A stretch of 64,000 nucleotides of DNA from an uncultured Candidatus Saccharibacteria bacterium. Lineage in GTDB: Bacteria; Patescibacteriota; Minisyncoccia; Phycocordibacterales; Zambryskibacteraceae. The DNA lies in contig CAYHLZ010000002.1 of NCBI GenBank assembly GCA_964357635.1, positions 513 through 64,512 on the forward strand, given 5' to 3'. This document shows positions 1-8,515 of this stretch, in pieces. A program made the position numbers and the translations under genes. Numbering within the stretch: the first letter of the stretch is position 1; each line of letters opens with the position of its first letter. The notes under the pieces are model-generated. The model was not told the DNA's origin, did no database searches, and saw only the letters and a list, made by a program, of their open reading frames with translations.

Positions 1-433
1 ATACTTGGCAGTAAGAGAGACGTCGCTTGAGCTTTTTGGTTTCTCGGACCAAGAAACTTTAAATGCTTTTGAACTTCTCATAACCATCTCCGGTATTGGG
101 CCAAAGACTGCTCTGGGCATACTAAACGTCGCCACCCCAGCCACCCTCCGACAAGCTGTGGTAAATAGAGACACCACTTACCTCACCCGCGTCTCTGGTA
201 TCGGCAAAAAGAATGCAGAGAAAATTGTCATGGAGCTCAAAGATAAATTGAAAGTCAGCAAAGAAGATAAGGGTGTTGATATGCGCTCTGAAGGTGATGC
301 GCTTGAGGCACTAGTGTCTTTGGGTTATAACGAGCGCGACGCCCGAGAAGCATTAAAGAGGGTGCCAAAAGAAGTTTTGGGGGCAAGCGAGCGCGTCAAG
401 GCTGCCTTGAAGCTTTTATCGCAACATGCCTGA
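1..433 (+). CDS. ruvA: Holliday junction branch migration protein RuvA (5'-truncated by window edge)
   Basis: VRE..LELFGF, HhH motifs SGIGPKTA and SGIGKKNAEKIVMELKDK, C-terminal ALEALVSLGY. Confidence 0.95.
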   Translation, partial: YLAVRETSLELFGFSDQETLNAFELLITISGIGPKTALGILNVATPATLRQAVVNRDTTYLTRVSGIGKKNAEKIVMELKDKLKVSKEDKGVDMRSEGDALEALVSLGYNERDAREALKRVPKEVLGASERVKAALKLLSQHA

Positions 434-1283
434 GCTACCAGAGGTCCAAACCACCGTTAACGGATTAAATAAAAGGGTTAAGGGAAGAAAAATTGTTGCG
501 GTAAAGACAAGTTACAATAGTTTGCATCATGCGGGCAAGGACAATATAAAGAACCAAAAGTTTTTTAAACTTTTTCAAAAAAGAGTTAGGGGAAGAAAAA
601 TTATAAAAGCAGAAAGACGAGCAAAAAATATTCTCATCCACCTCTCTGGAGGAGAAACTGTGCTTATCCATATGAAGATGACTGGACACTTCGTCTATGA
701 CCGTCCCGACTACCCTTTCACGAGACTTAATTTCAAACTAGATAACGGCAAATACTTGTCTTTGTCCGATATGCGTAAGTTTGCCAAGGTAACAATTTTC
801 CCGACTTCCCAACTTGAAAACTCTCTACACCTTAAAAACCTTGGCCCAGAACCTCTTCACAAAAAATTTCAATTCCCGCAATTTAAATCGCAAATACTCA
901 AGCGACCAAACGGTAAAATAAAACAAGTGCTTCTAGATCAGGGTCTTATATCTGGCATTGGCAACATTTATGCCGATGAGATTCTCTGGCGCGCAGGAGT
1001 TCACCCTCTCTCCAAAGCAGGAAAAATTCCAGAAAAAACTCTTAAAGAAATGTTTAGGGCGATGAAAATGCTTTTGACAAAGGGGGTTTCTTTGGGTGGA
1101 GACTCAATGTCTGACTATAGAAACATTGCGGGTGGTAAAGGTAAGTTTCAAGAACATCATCGCGCCTATCAGCGCACCGGCCTTTCTTGTGATAAGGTCG
1201 GTTGCCGAGGACATATCCGACGCACTCTTGTGGGTGCGCGTAGTGCTCACTTCTGCGATAGACACCAAAAACTGTATAAATGA
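426..1283 (+). CDS. mutM: Formamidopyrimidine-DNA glycosylase
   Basis: N-terminal MPELPEV, HMKMTG, GIGNIYADE H2TH motif, C-terminal zinc-finger-like CDKVGC...FCDRHQ. Confidence 0.95.
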   Translation: MPELPEVQTTVNGLNKRVKGRKIVAVKTSYNSLHHAGKDNIKNQKFFKLFQKRVRGRKIIKAERRAKNILIHLSGGETVLIHMKMTGHFVYDRPDYPFTRLNFKLDNGKYLSLSDMRKFAKVTIFPTSQLENSLHLKNLGPEPLHKKFQFPQFKSQILKRPNGKIKQVLLDQGLISGIGNIYADEILWRAGVHPLSKAGKIPEKTLKEMFRAMKMLLTKGVSLGGDSMSDYRNIAGGKGKFQEHHRAYQRTGLSCDKVGCRGHIRRTLVGARSAHFCDRHQKLYK

Positions 1284-1750
1284 AAAACAAAGCTTCTGTC
1301 TTAATCCTTGAAAACATTCGGAGTGTTGAGAACACCGCTTCCATCTTTCGCACCGCCGACAGATTCGGGGTCTCTAGAATAATACTTGTTGGTACCACAC
1401 CCGCCCCTCTTGACCGTTTTAAAAGAGAGAGAAAAGATTTTGTAAAAGTCTCGCTGGGAGCAGAGAAAAAAGTTTTCTGGGAACACAAGAAAAAAATTAA
1501 ATCCGTAATTAAAAGTTTAAGAAACGATAAATTTCAGATTATCTCACTTGAACAAACTCCGAAAGCCAAAAGTTTAAGAGGTTTTGTACCGCAAGACAGA
1601 TTTGCACTTATTGTTGGTAACGAAGTTTCTGGGATATCAAAAGATGCTCTTGAGACATCAGATGTTGTGGTTGAGATACCAACGGAAAGTAAAAAGGGGT
1701 CGCTCAATGTCTCTGTCGCCACAGGCATTGCGCTCTTTGTGCTAAAATAA
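1280..1750 (+). CDS. TrmH/SpoU-family RNA methyltransferase
   Basis: SPOUT motifs ENIRSVENTASIFRTAD, VGNEVSGI, SLNVSVATGI. Confidence 0.9.
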   Translation: MKNKASVLILENIRSVENTASIFRTADRFGVSRIILVGTTPAPLDRFKRERKDFVKVSLGAEKKVFWEHKKKIKSVIKSLRNDKFQIISLEQTPKAKSLRGFVPQDRFALIVGNEVSGISKDALETSDVVVEIPTESKKGSLNVSVATGIALFVLK

Positions 1751-1751
1751 A

Positions 1752-2159
1752 GTGATGCTTAATCCATTTCCAGAACTCCTAATGTATTCAACACTTGGAC
1801 CACTTATCTTGCGCCTACTTTTAGGACTCATCTTCATAGATCTAGGAATCTTAAAATTTAAGAGTGAGAAAGAAAGGTGGCTTGATTCGTTTGAGACTCT
1901 AGGGCTTCGACCTGCGGGCCTGCTCCTGCCTCTATACGCTTCTCTTCAAATACTTGGCGGACTACTTCTACTCTTGGGTCTCTGGACTCAAGTGGCGGCC
2001 TTGGCGTTTGTCATCTTTAGCGGCGTAGAGCTCTTTGTAGAATGGAAGGCTCGTGAGATTCTTAAACGTGATTTAATTTTCTATCTCTTTATTTTCGTTA
2101 TCTCGCTTTCTCTTCTTGTAACTGGAGCTGGTGCCTACGCTCTAGATATCCCTCTTTAA
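1752..2159 (+). CDS. DoxX-family membrane protein
   Basis: Hydrophobic; LILRLLLGLIF, GLLLLLGLWTQVAA, GAGAYALD typical of DoxX. Confidence 0.8.
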   Translation: MMLNPFPELLMYSTLGPLILRLLLGLIFIDLGILKFKSEKERWLDSFETLGLRPAGLLLPLYASLQILGGLLLLLGLWTQVAALAFVIFSGVELFVEWKAREILKRDLIFYLFIFVISLSLLVTGAGAYALDIPL

Positions 2160-2205
2160 TTGTTGTATATTTTGAAACTAGTTTCCCCGCCAAGGCGGGA
2201 TAAAT

Positions 2206-2278
2206 GCGCCCATAGCTCAGTTGGTAGAGCAGGTCCCTTTTAAGGACAAGGTCGTAGGTTCGATCCCTACTGGGCGCA
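2206..2278 (+). tRNA. tRNA-Lys(TTT), CCA not encoded
   Basis: Acceptor GCGCCCA/TGGGCGC, D arm GCTC/GAGC, anticodon loop CTTTTAA, T arm GTAGG-TTCGATC-CCTAC. Confidence 0.93.
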
Positions 2279-2360
2279 CAAGTCGAGGAAGCAAGAAAAA
2301 GAATTTATTCTTTTTCTTATTTCCGAGCGCAGTCGCCCAGCACGACGGTACTGGGCGCAC
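2268..2360. repeat. tRNA-Lys 3'-end duplication enclosing a palindrome and an inverted tRNA end
   Basis: TACTGGGCGCAC at 2268-2279 and 2349-2360; internal AAGAAAAAGAAT-TT-ATTCTTTTTCTT palindrome; CGCCCAG inverted copy at ~2334-2340. Confidence 0.8.
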
Positions 2361-2437
2361 TACACTTGACTTTTTCATTTGGTGTTGTTATTAAGTAGTC
2401 TGACTCTGGATTCCTAAGCCTATAAGGAGAGTTTATT

Positions 2438-2665
2438 ATGGAACGCGGTTTCGTGTGCTTGGGTGTAATCGTGGGATTTCTTTTCGGGGCCGTTTTTGCC
2501 CGAGGAGATGTCATTACAACGATTCCTGTGGAAAAAAATGGAAGCCAGATCGTTTACGACGGCAGGCTTTCACAAGAGGCAGTAGCGTTGCCGGCCGGCA
2601 AGTACACCTACGTTCGTAGGGCGCGGGGAGAGGTTGTCGAAGAACAATTTGTCCCGCGTAAATAA
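2438..2665 (+). CDS. Small hypothetical exported/membrane protein
   Basis: 75-aa ORF, AAGGAGA SD, hydrophobic N-terminus, TTGACT promoter-like element upstream, terminator downstream. Confidence 0.6.
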   Translation: MERGFVCLGVIVGFLFGAVFARGDVITTIPVEKNGSQIVYDGRLSQEAVALPAGKYTYVRRARGEVVEEQFVPRK

Positions 2666-2686
2666 ACATGTTTCGCCCCAGCGTTC

Positions 2687-2713
2687 AAACCCCGCGATTC
2701 CAAGCGGGGTTTT
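2687..2713. terminator. Intrinsic terminator between convergent genes
   Basis: AAACCCCGC-GATTCCAA-GCGGGGTTTT. Confidence 0.75.
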
Positions 2714-2733
2714 GTTTTATGGAACAAGATTTT

Positions 2734-3180
2734 CTACAACTTTAAAAGCAGTTTTTCGATTAGGGTTTCTATCTCCCCCTCACCACGACGAGCGAGGATA
2801 AATCCTGTAACCAAGTCTTCTGAAATTTGTTCAAGTTCTTCTTGTTTAAAATTCTTTAAAAAACTCTTGGATTTATTATATGTAAACGGTTTCATGTCTG
2901 TTTCTGAAACTGTTTTCACTTTTGAAACAATAAGCATAGATTTCACTTGCCAAAATAGTTTAAAGAAAATTTCTTCAGGAGACACGCCAGCCAAAAGTGC
3001 TTTCTGATAAAGAGTCCACGCTTCTTTCTTGTTTTTTGCACCCAAGGCATCGGTTAAAAGAAAAATGTTAAATTCTTTACCACGTTTATCCAATGGCAAT
3101 TTCTCTTGGTCTTCGGGAGCATTAGGACTAGCATCAACTACCGCACCGAAAATATCTTTGTGGTAAAACTCGTCTTTCAT
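2734..3180 (-). CDS. holA: DNA polymerase III delta (HolA) C-terminal-domain-like protein
   Basis: FNIFLLTDALGAKNKKEAW..YQKAL, FWQVKSML, MKPFTYNKS..FLKNF..EEL, IEKLLL resemble the HolA collar domain; overlaps polA stop. Confidence 0.6.
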   Translation of the reverse strand: MKDEFYHKDIFGAVVDASPNAPEDQEKLPLDKRGKEFNIFLLTDALGAKNKKEAWTLYQKALLAGVSPEEIFFKLFWQVKSMLIVSKVKTVSETDMKPFTYNKSKSFLKNFKQEELEQISEDLVTGFILARRGEGEIETLIEKLLLKL

Positions 3181-5537
3181 ATTTTTTCCATCTCACCCCA
3201 ATTATCTCCTGCTTGTGCCTCAACAATTATCGGCACCTCTTGAGCTTTTTCCTTCGGTAGAGCTTGTTCCATAATATTTCTAAATTCTCCCACAACCTCG
3301 TCCACCAAAGAATCTTTTATCTCGTAAACCAGTTCATCGTGCACTTGAAGGATAAGATGAATTTTGTTCTCCAGATTTTTACTCTTCACATAATCATCAA
3401 TTCTCTTCATGGCAATTTTAGTAAGATCTGCTTGAGTGCCTTGTATGGGGGCGTTAATAGCCATTCTTTCTGCTTGTGCCTGCACGTATGGTAGAGGTGA
3501 GTTAAATCCGGCAAAGTAGCGCCTTCTGCCAAACATGGTTTCTGTGTATCCTTTGCGAGAAGCCTCCGCCTTAATTTTATCCAAGTACGACGCCAGTCCT
3601 GAAAAAGTTTTAAAATATTGATTATAAAACTCTTGCGCTTCTTTGCGGTCCACCCCAAGATTTGCTCTTAAAGCATTAACCCCCATGCCATATAGGATGC
3701 CGAAATTTATAGTCTTCGCCTTTATGCGCATACCCTTGTCCACCGCCTCTTTCGGAACTTTGAAAACTCTCATAGCCACTCCGGCGTGAGCATCAACTCC
3801 CGATTTAAATATTTCAATAAGTTTTTTATCCTTAGAAAGAATGGCGGCGATACGAAGCTCTATTTGTGAGTAGTCTAAAGAAACAAGTTTAAAACCTTTT
3901 TCTGCAACAAAAGCATTTCTGATTGCTCGACCTAGTGGAGTTTTATTCGGAATGTTTTGAAGATTTGGAGAGTTGGAGCCCATACGGCCAGTGGTGGTAC
4001 CCGCCTGAAGAAAGGTTGAGTGAAGGCGCGAGTTCTTGTCCAGAAGCGGTGGGATGGCATCAATATAAGTTGAGAGAAGTTTGGAGAGCTCACGATACTC
4101 AAGAATAGAACCAATAATTGGGTGTTTGTCCCGAAGCTTTTCCAGTTCAGATTCTTTGGTTGAGAGAGCGCCTGTCGGTGTTTTCTTTTGATATTTATCG
4201 GCAAGTTTGAGCTTATTAAATAAAATATCAGAGAGAATTTTAGGGGAATTAATGTTGAATTCTCCTCCAGCTTCCTTCCAAATCAGTTTTTGGAGACGTG
4301 TTAGCTCTTGGTGATATTTGATGGACAAATCTTTAAGCGCATCTTTATCTATCTTTACACCACGCGCATTCATCGCTTCCACAACAGATATAATTGGCTT
4401 CTCAATTTCTTCGAAAACTTTGCGCACCCCTCGCTTGTCAAGTTCTTTATCAATAATTTTTCTTGCCTCTTTTATGTCTTCTGTTTTACAAAATCTAAAC
4501 ACATCTTCCAAGTTCGGGTCTGATAAATTGGAGTCTATAACCCAGAGCGCAAGACAGAGTTCTTTGGTTTCTAAATTATCTTCCACGAACGATATGGTTT
4601 TTACTTCTTTTTTTTCTACTTCTTCGCCGTTGTTTAATAAATTTTTCACCTTCTGTTCCATGGTTCTGAATTCCAGTTCTTTAAATAAGTCGTAGAGTTT
4701 TTCTGGCTTTAAGTTTTCTCTCCACTCCTTCGGTAGGGTAAAATTTATAGGAGCATCAACTCTAATGGTCGCAAGCGTTTTGGAAAAGAGTGCTTCTTCT
4801 TCGTTCTCGAGCAATAGGTTTTTTATGCGCTCCGTAATTCCGGCTTTTTTGTAAGTGTCGTCTTTCTTTTTCAGAGCTTTGTAAATATCTTCCACGGAGC
4901 CAAAGGTAGTAATAAGAGATGTGGCGGTTTTTTCCCCAATACCTTTTACTCCGACAATATTATCAGATGGATCTCCTCGTAGACCCTTGTAGTCAACCAA
5001 AAGCTTTGACGGGAACCCAAAGCGTGCGCTCACCTTCTTCTCGTCATAAAGAATGACATCGTTAATCCCTTTTTTTAAAGTATAAACTTGCACATCTTTG
5101 TCGCGCACAAGTTGCAGAGCATCCATATCACCAGAGGCAATAACAATTTCAACACTTTTATCTTTTTCTAAATCATGGACAATTGTGCCAATGATATCGT
5201 CTGCTTCAAAGCCCTTATGAGAATATATAGGAATGCCAAATGCCTTGAAAACATCTTTAGCGCGCTCAAGTTGTAAGACCAAGTTGTCATCTGTCTTGGC
5301 GCGCCCCGCCTTGTAGCTCTCTAGTGCTTCGTGTCTGTGTGTTGGTCCAGGGAGGTCAAAACAGGCAACCAAAAAGTCGGGTTTAAGGTCAGAAATAATC
5401 TTTAAAAGCATTGCCGTTAGGCCATAAAGTGCACCGGTTGGCTCTCCTTTAGAGGTGGCGAAGTCTAGAGGTAGGGCGTGGTAAGCGCGGTGGATTATCG
5501 CGTGCGAGTCCAGAAGTATAAGTCTTTTAGTTTTCAT
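3177..5537 (-). CDS. polA: DNA polymerase I (5'-3' exonuclease + polymerase domains)
   Basis: LLDSHAIIHRAYHA, EADDIIGT, GDPSDNI, DYSQIELR, KTINFGILYGM, QVHDEL. Confidence 0.97.
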   Translation of the reverse strand: MKTKRLILLDSHAIIHRAYHALPLDFATSKGEPTGALYGLTAMLLKIISDLKPDFLVACFDLPGPTHRHEALESYKAGRAKTDDNLVLQLERAKDVFKAFGIPIYSHKGFEADDIIGTIVHDLEKDKSVEIVIASGDMDALQLVRDKDVQVYTLKKGINDVILYDEKKVSARFGFPSKLLVDYKGLRGDPSDNIVGVKGIGEKTATSLITTFGSVEDIYKALKKKDDTYKKAGITERIKNLLLENEEEALFSKTLATIRVDAPINFTLPKEWRENLKPEKLYDLFKELEFRTMEQKVKNLLNNGEEVEKKEVKTISFVEDNLETKELCLALWVIDSNLSDPNLEDVFRFCKTEDIKEARKIIDKELDKRGVRKVFEEIEKPIISVVEAMNARGVKIDKDALKDLSIKYHQELTRLQKLIWKEAGGEFNINSPKILSDILFNKLKLADKYQKKTPTGALSTKESELEKLRDKHPIIGSILEYRELSKLLSTYIDAIPPLLDKNSRLHSTFLQAGTTTGRMGSNSPNLQNIPNKTPLGRAIRNAFVAEKGFKLVSLDYSQIELRIAAILSKDKKLIEIFKSGVDAHAGVAMRVFKVPKEAVDKGMRIKAKTINFGILYGMGVNALRANLGVDRKEAQEFYNQYFKTFSGLASYLDKIKAEASRKGYTETMFGRRRYFAGFNSPLPYVQAQAERMAINAPIQGTQADLTKIAMKRIDDYVKSKNLENKIHLILQVHDELVYEIKDSLVDEVVGEFRNIMEQALPKEKAQEVPIIVEAQAGDNWGEMEKI

Positions 5538-5961
5538 AATTTATCTCTCTTGTTTTATCGTCAACAAATTTGAAAGAAATTTTTCTTGTATTTTTCGGAA
5601 TAATCTTTGCGACGTTTTCTGGCCATTCTATGAAAATTAAATTTTCTGGCTCTTTGATAATTTCTTCCCAGCCAAGATGCAAGAGTTCCGATTCTTTTTC
5701 AAGACGATAAGCGTCAATGTGTATTAGGCGCTTAAAGTTTTTAAAATTTATCGCATAAATTTTTTCTATAACAAAAGTTGGACTCTGCATGTTCTCTGTA
5801 ATACCTAAAACTTTGCCAACCTCTTGAGTAAAAGCTGTTTTACCAGCACCCAAATCTCCTTCTAGCGCTACCACTGTAGCATTTTTTCCATATTCAATGG
5901 TGTCTAAAAAATCTTTGGCAATGTTTCTTGTTTCCGGAAGACTCTTGGAGAAGTGGTGCAT
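5527..5961 (-). CDS. tsaE: tRNA t6A biosynthesis ATPase TsaE
   Basis: GDLGAGKT, SPTF, HIDAYRL, IEWPE. Confidence 0.95.
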   Translation of the reverse strand: MHHFSKSLPETRNIAKDFLDTIEYGKNATVVALEGDLGAGKTAFTQEVGKVLGITENMQSPTFVIEKIYAINFKNFKRLIHIDAYRLEKESELLHLGWEEIIKEPENLIFIEWPENVAKIIPKNTRKISFKFVDDKTREINYEN

Positions 5962-5985
5962 TAATACATTTTAACATTAGAGCAA

Positions 5986-6028
5986 TAAAAAAGGGCGGAG
6001 AGGGAAATGAATCCCTTCCTCCGCCCTT
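5986..6028 (-). terminator. Intrinsic terminator of the lipoprotein gene
   Basis: AAGGGCGGAG...CTCCGCCCTT stem with an A-tract (U-tract on minus strand). Confidence 0.7.
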
Positions 6029-6042
6029 CTCGGGGAAACACC

Positions 6043-6450
6043 TTAGCGCCCCGGACACTCGGCATCCTTTGGCGAATCGAGCTGGTCGATTGCCCAGATT
6101 TCTTCTTCCGAACCACGGTTCGTGTTTACCCGATACACCCTTGACGTCGAACCGATGTAGGCCCCCGGAGTATACGCTTCGTCAGTGTGGGTCCCAGGAG
6201 TGCTGTAGGCCTTGGCCGTGAGAGACATCTCGCGATGCCTTCCACCAAGCAACCTCGAGACGAGCACCGCAGTGTATGAGTCACCGAAAGCAAGGTTGGT
6301 GACCTTAAGACGATCAGGGCTCTCCAAGTCCATGTACGGCGAGCAGTTGTTCGTGACGTGAACAGTACTGCAAACCTGTACGCAAAGAGTCGAGCACCCG
6401 CTCACCAACATTGTGGCAAGCAAAATCACAACGAGCTTGAAACTGTTCAT
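6043..6450 (-). CDS. Hypothetical lipoprotein
   Basis: Lipobox LVSG/C after hydrophobic stretch; AAGGAGG SD; own TTGACT-18-TATAAT promoter (6516-6487) and terminator. Confidence 0.7.
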   Translation of the reverse strand: MNSFKLVVILLATMLVSGCSTLCVQVCSTVHVTNNCSPYMDLESPDRLKVTNLAFGDSYTAVLVSRLLGGRHREMSLTAKAYSTPGTHTDEAYTPGAYIGSTSRVYRVNTNRGSEEEIWAIDQLDSPKDAECPGR

Positions 6451-6586
6451 GACGCCCTCCTTTGGGCTATCGTTTTTCCTATATCTATTATACCATAACT
6501 AGTGCCAGAAAGTCAAGTACTAAAATAAGCCCGAAATTAGAGCTAAAACCTGCCTAAAAGAGGTTTTGCTGGTGTATAATATAGCC

Positions 6587-8269
6587 ATGGTTAAGTTCGA
6601 CGAAGAAAAGCAGAAAGATAGGATAAAGGCCCTTCTTCAGAAGGAAGAGGAAGACCTTGCCTCTGCCCTATCGGAGCATCACGGAGTGCCCTACATTGAC
6701 CTCTCAACACATTCGGTAAATATTGACGCCCTACGGGTCATAAAAGAAGCTGATGCGCGAGCCGCTGACTTGGCCGTCTTTAACTCTACGGACAAAAGGA
6801 TTAGTGTTGGCGTCCTTTCAACAAAAAACGAAAAAACTTTGGCCGCTATTGAAGACCTGAAGCTCCGAGGCTACCTCCCTGAAATTTATATGGTCTCACA
6901 CCAAAGCCTTGAGAAAGTTTGGGAGAGATACAAAGATCTTTCGTATTCTTTTGAAACTCAATCTGGCGCCCTTGATATCTCAAACGAAGAAATTCTTAAA
7001 ATAACCCAGAACGTTACCTCGCTTGAAGATATCAAGAAATTAATCTCAGGAGTACTCTCGGAGAAAAAAACTTATCGTATTTCAAAAATTTTAGAAATCA
7101 TTCTAGCTGGAGCTATTAGTTTGAAGGCTTCTGACATTCACCTAGAACCAGAAGAAAAAGATTTGCGTCTACGCTACCGACTGGATGGCGTGCTTACCGA
7201 CATTCTTCATTTTGACTCCGAAACATTTAAGTTGCTTCTCTCCCGCATCAAGCTTGTAAGCGAGCTTAAACTTAATGTTAAAGATAAGGCGCAGGACGGT
7301 CGTTTCTCTATTAAATTGTCCGATGTTGAAATTGAGGTGCGCACCTCGCTTTTACCTGGCCCTTATGGCGAGTCGGTGGTCTTGCGCGTCCTTAATCCAA
7401 ATGCAATTTCCGTTGAGCTTGAAAAACTTGGGATTCACCCACGCCTACTTGAGGCCCTAAGGAAAGAAATTGGAAAACCAAACGGCATGATTCTTACCAC
7501 CGGTCCAACAGGTTCCGGTAAGACCACAACGCTTTATGCTTTCTTAAAAAAGATTTACACACCCGATGTCAAAGTGGTTACCATTGAGAACCCTATTGAA
7601 TATCACCTTGAAGGTATCGTGCAGACCCAAGCAGAAACCGACAAGGGCTACACCTTTGCCGAAGGACTTAGAAGCGCACTTCGTCAGGACCCAGACGTCA
7701 TCATGGTGGGAGAAATTCGCGACAACGAGACTGCCACTGTGGCCATCAACGCAGCCCTCACTGGTCACTTGGTCTTTTCAACACTTCACACCAATAACGC
7801 CGCCGGTGCTTTCCCGCGACTTCTTGATCTTGGTGTCAATTCTAAAGTGATTAGTTCTGCTCTCAATGTTTCTATCGCTCAAAGATTGGTCCGCAAACTC
7901 TGTCAGGTGTGCAAAAAAGAGGCACCCCTAGAAGGTGCAGACAAAGAAACTGTCGCCAGAATTTTGGCCGGCGTCTCTGATCCGACTTATTTAGATAATA
8001 TCCAGAGAGAGCACGCCTGGACCACTGTTGGTTGTCCGGAATGTCTTGGTCTTGGATTTAGGGGACGAATTGGAGTATTTGAGGCGGTGCTGGTGGACCA
8101 CGAGATTGAAAAAGCGGTTATCACCAATCCTTCGGAACGCGACATCCGTGAAGCGGCCAAGAGTCAAAAACTTCTGACTTTGGCCCAAGACGGGGTTATC
8201 AAGGTGCTTACAGGGATCACCACGCTAAAAGAACTTGACCGTGTGGTAGACCTTTCGTCAATAGAATAA
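6587..8269 (+). CDS. pilB: GspE/PilB-family type IV pilus assembly ATPase (copy 1)
   Basis: ASDIHLEP, GPTGSGKTTT, LRQDPDVIMVGEIRD, TGHLVFSTLHTN, CQVC/CPEC Zn motif; ATG 6587 preferred over TTG 6566. Confidence 0.9.
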   Translation: MVKFDEEKQKDRIKALLQKEEEDLASALSEHHGVPYIDLSTHSVNIDALRVIKEADARAADLAVFNSTDKRISVGVLSTKNEKTLAAIEDLKLRGYLPEIYMVSHQSLEKVWERYKDLSYSFETQSGALDISNEEILKITQNVTSLEDIKKLISGVLSEKKTYRISKILEIILAGAISLKASDIHLEPEEKDLRLRYRLDGVLTDILHFDSETFKLLLSRIKLVSELKLNVKDKAQDGRFSIKLSDVEIEVRTSLLPGPYGESVVLRVLNPNAISVELEKLGIHPRLLEALRKEIGKPNGMILTTGPTGSGKTTTLYAFLKKIYTPDVKVVTIENPIEYHLEGIVQTQAETDKGYTFAEGLRSALRQDPDVIMVGEIRDNETATVAINAALTGHLVFSTLHTNNAAGAFPRLLDLGVNSKVISSALNVSIAQRLVRKLCQVCKKEAPLEGADKETVARILAGVSDPTYLDNIQREHAWTTVGCPECLGLGFRGRIGVFEAVLVDHEIEKAVITNPSERDIREAAKSQKLLTLAQDGVIKVLTGITTLKELDRVVDLSSIE

Positions 8270-8302
8270 TTCTTGCGACAAAGTCTATTTCGTGAATAAT
8301 TG

Positions 8303-8475
8303 AGAGCAGATCCAGCACATAAATCTCTAAGCAACACTTTCAGAATACACCAAAAGCTAAACGAATCTTTCAAGGATGGCTTCAGAAATCTTAAAAAGAC
8401 ACCAAGTGCGTCCTTAGAGAAAAGTCCAAATGCCCCGGAGGGCACGTTGCTTAGAGATTTATGCTCTGGAAAAGA
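8303..8475 (+). ncRNA. Candidate 6S RNA (ssrS)-like long hairpin RNA
   Basis: Perfect 18-bp closing stem 8318-8335/8446-8463 extended by TCCAG/CTGGA; central bubble with TGCCC-CGGA-GGGCA hairpin; AAGGATG/CGTCCTT apical stem; promoter-like TTGCGA...AATAAT just upstream. Confidence 0.55.
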
Positions 8476-8515
8476 ACTAAATGCTTCCTAAATAGTCTAT
8501 CACACAAAAACTTTT

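Noticed and set aside
8300-8491. 63-aa (+) and 93-aa (-, 8164-8445) ORFs
   Set aside because: No protein features; the region is better explained by RNA structure.
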